Below are positions 61,063 through 64,000 of a DNA stretch of 64,000 nt, in pieces (positions within the stretch are counted from its first letter, which is position 1; each line of letters opens with the position of its first letter). This stretch comes from Glaucostegus cemiculus (taxonomy: Eukaryota): positions 13,950,001 to 14,014,000 of the forward strand of contig CDPCPM010000281.1 in NCBI GenBank assembly GCA_976551045.1, given 5' to 3'. The position numbers and the translations under genes were made by a program. Below the pieces are notes generated by a model that saw only the letters and a list, made by a program, of their open reading frames with translations, was not told where the DNA came from and searched no databases.

Positions 61063-61639
61063 ATGGATGATTTAAAGGGAATAAATCACCAACATCAGTG
61101 CACTCATTGAGTAAAATCCTTCCTGCTGATGTACTCGCTAGACATGAGTCAGGGGCTGACTGTGTATGTATATTTAATTATTCAGTCCTTGTACCATCAG
61201 GAACTGATCATCATCACGAGAATGGATTAGTGCTGGTGTGAGCTTTATACTTGCACTAGGCTACAGTGTTCTGGCACAACTCTGAAGCAGAGCAGGATGA
61301 ACTGAGTGATGTTGGAGAAACCTCCAGTGTGGGAGAGAAATAACCAGAAATTTGTTATACGGTGAGATTCTTTTGTACAAATCCACAGCTGGAAGTTGGT
61401 TAAACTTGGCGATGATCGATCTTGTGCACATTTCTGGGAATCCCACTCTTTTCATGCACATATCCACAAGATTTTCATTTGTCCATAGCTTTTCTTCCAG
61501 TGTAAAACTCTCCCAAATGTCAATGGTAATGTGACACAGAACATTCTTCTCCAGCATGATCTTCAACTTCACTACTCCGACAAACAGCAGTTATTCTTCA
61601 CTCACAGAACAGCCGATGTACTAATCCTGAAACCATTGA

Positions 61640-62380
61640 ATGAGTCATAGAGTCACAGCATGAAATCAGACCCTTTGGCACGATATCCATGGCGACCAAG
61701 ATGCTGATCCACACTAATCCCGTATTCCTGCATTTGGCCCATATCCCTCTATTCCTTTGCTATCCATTTCCCCTCTCAACTTAAACCTATGTTTTAGACT
61801 CACCTACCCTTAGAAAAAGATTGTGACTGTCTACCCTATCAATGCCCTCCACAAGGTCGCCCCTCAGCCTTCTGCATTTCAGTGGGAATTATCCCAGTTT
61901 ATCCAATCTCTCCTTGTAACTGAAGCCCTCCATTCCAGGCAACACCCCAGTGGATCTTCCCTGCACTATTTCTGGTGCTACCACCTATTTTCTATACTGT
62001 GATGCCAGAGCTGCACGTAATATTCCAAATGTGGCCTAACCAATGTCTTGTACAGCTGCAACATGGTGTCCCAACCCTTATACTGGATACCCCTGCTTAT
62101 GAAGGCAAGCCAGCTAAATGGCTTCTTCACTACCCTATCCGCCTGTGTCACCATTTTCAGGGAGCTATGAATTTGCACTTCAACATCCCTCTTTACATTA
62201 ACACTTCTAAAGTCCCTACGGTTTACTGTACCTATCCAGCCAGGATTTGACAATCCAAAATGCATAACCTCACAGCTGTCTGGATTAAGTTCCACCTGCC
62301 ACCACTCCACCCAGCTTTCCAGCTGATCTGTGAATCCTCAGGCAACCATTCTCACAATCTACAACTCCACCAACCTTCCA
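61640..62380 (-). mobile_element. CR1 LINE 3' portion
   Basis: ORF 61978..62310 WQVELNPDSCEVMHFG...MLQLYKTLVRPHLEYYVQLW. Confidence 0.88.
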
Positions 62381-62854
62381 AGATCAAAACTCCGACTCAG
62401 TGAGATCTATGTCCTCTTGCCTCCAGGGCAGCCTCACACCCTGGAGGTCAGGGTCACAGTCACTCTCAGCTTCCTAGCATGACCATTCCAGACTGCTACA
62501 TCGCCCACCTTTCTGCACACTTTTGCATTATCCCTTGAGACTCTCTGTAGCTCCTTTGTCCAAAGCAACTGCCTCCTTCACCAGCCTCTCCAGATCCCGC
62601 TGAACCCCTGGGAGAACTTCAGCATCATCCCTACCCCACTCTCGTCATTGAAGTTTTTTTTGGGCATCAACACTCCCCAGTATCTGGAAGAGTGCCGATT
62701 GTACTGTACTATGGGTCCATCACTAGCTGGCAGGTGAGACCACAGCTGCTAGAGTAAATGCTGGCAGTTTTAAGAATTTTGTGGCAGATCAAAGTACTGG
62801 TGCACATGAAACAGGCACCAAACAGCATCACAAAGGGAAACAGATGAACTTGAA

Positions 62855-63230
62855 GAAGAGTAGGCAAAACAGCCATTTGACCTACTCCACTGTTTAATAA
62901 GATCATAGCTGCTCTGATTGTAACCTCAACTCTGCCTTCCCAACTACTCATGGCATCCTTTCAAATCCTTGATTATCAAGAATCTATCATTTGGCCTAAT
63001 AATATTCCAAGTCTCTGCCCTTTCCAGAAGAGATTTCCAAAGACTCTCAACTATGAAATGGGAAAAAAAATCACCTCATCTATATCATAAATGGGTGGTG
63101 TCATATTTTTAAACAGTGCACTTGATTCTAGATTCTGTCACAGGAGGAAACATCCTTTACACAACCACCCTGTCAATCAAGTCCCCTCTCACTCTTCTGC
63201 ACTACAGCAGATACAAGCCTTTATAATACA
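62855..63230 (-). mobile_element. Old CR1 tail
   Basis: aagagtaggc...cctactccactgtttaataagatcatagctg...atcaagaatctatc. Confidence 0.55.
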
Positions 63231-63377
63231 AAGCAGATCTACACTTAAGAAGGAGCTTGAATTCTTCAAAAGACTTTTGTAAGGAGTTATAATAATTTTT
63301 GGGCTAAGTTATTGACAGCCTGACAAAAGATAGATGGTAATAATCACACAAGGCTGACCTGTCTTCGACAACAACAT

Positions 63378-63435
63378 CAGAAAATGCTGGATATACTCAG
63401 CAGGTTGGGCAGCAAATATTGAAACAGAGACAGCT
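63378..63435 (-). mobile_element. Penelope-like terminal fragment
   Basis: cagaaaatgctggatatactcagcaggttgggcagca. Confidence 0.5.
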
Positions 63436-64000
63436 TGCCATGAGAATACAATACCAGGATTCATGAGGCAGGGAGCTGCCCAGTGATCTTGTTTTCCCTC
63501 TTCTACCCATGTAAATCAGAGAGCCCAAATTCACTCAGCACTTGAAGACACCTGAGCAGGTTTGCCTGGCACCTATGTCACATTAATTCACTGCCTCTGC
63601 TTAAAAGTTTGCTGTCTGAATCCATCACTAGAAGCTTCCAACTGTTCTCCCATTGAGTACGCTCCAGGAGCTGAGCATCCCCGACTGGGTCCCATGTTCT
63701 TGCCGCCTTCTTCCCACAGATTGCCCAGCCAAAAGACCTGTAAGTTTCAAAAATCCAAACACAGGTGCAGTCCCTCACTTCTTGTTGTTTTCTTCCTGCT
63801 CATTTCAATATTGGTAACGCTTCAAATTAGGAACATCCATGTAAATGCTGGAAGCCATGTGATGTTTGGATTTGACCATAACCTGACACCACTGCTCTAT
63901 GTAGTACTGAACACTTCCAGCTGTAATAGTCTTCAACAAGATTTAGTTCAGCTGTTTACCCATGGCTGTTTCAGCCTTCCCTTGTCTAGTTCCTCTTACA

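Noticed and set aside
61245-61343. Possible + strand terminal exon (ATVFWHNSEAEQDELSDVGETSSVGEK*)
   Set aside because: Weak acceptor, unrecognised peptide and no supporting upstream exon.
63578-63740. Minus-strand acceptor followed by open frames
   Set aside because: No recognisable protein in any frame and no clear donor.
1-64000. Prokaryotic-type system (operon, CRISPR, defence island) or intact host gene
   Set aside because: Vertebrate repeat landscape. No regularly spaced repeat-spacer array and no long non-TE ORF; the longest ORF (300 aa) is a broken Rex1 RT.

Overview
Repeat-dense vertebrate non-coding DNA, either a large intron or a gene desert. It is almost certainly from a cartilaginous fish (shark or ray), judged from the repeat families: HE1/V-SINEs, SacSINE1-like Deu-SINEs, CR1 (HER1-like) LINEs, Rex1/Babar LINEs and Penelope-like 3' ends. 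I recognise no host protein-coding exon, tRNA, rRNA or CRISPR array. Every ORF in the track that I can identify is a decayed or 5'-truncated retrotransposon piece. The most interesting signal is a set of Penelope-derived short elements carrying minimal hammerhead-ribozyme motifs (CTGATGA-stem II-GAAA-CGTC). Four of them are fold-back insertions flanked by apparent 10-14 bp target-site duplications. Also visible: a MITE-like element with ~80 bp terminal inverted repeats, Harbinger Myb/SANT and possible hAT/Tigger fossils, multi-level nested insertions, an LF-SINE-like copy, and several TE-free, motif-dense islands that may be conserved enhancers. Family names are from recalled consensus motifs, not database searches, and most boundaries are approximate (about +/-20 bp).
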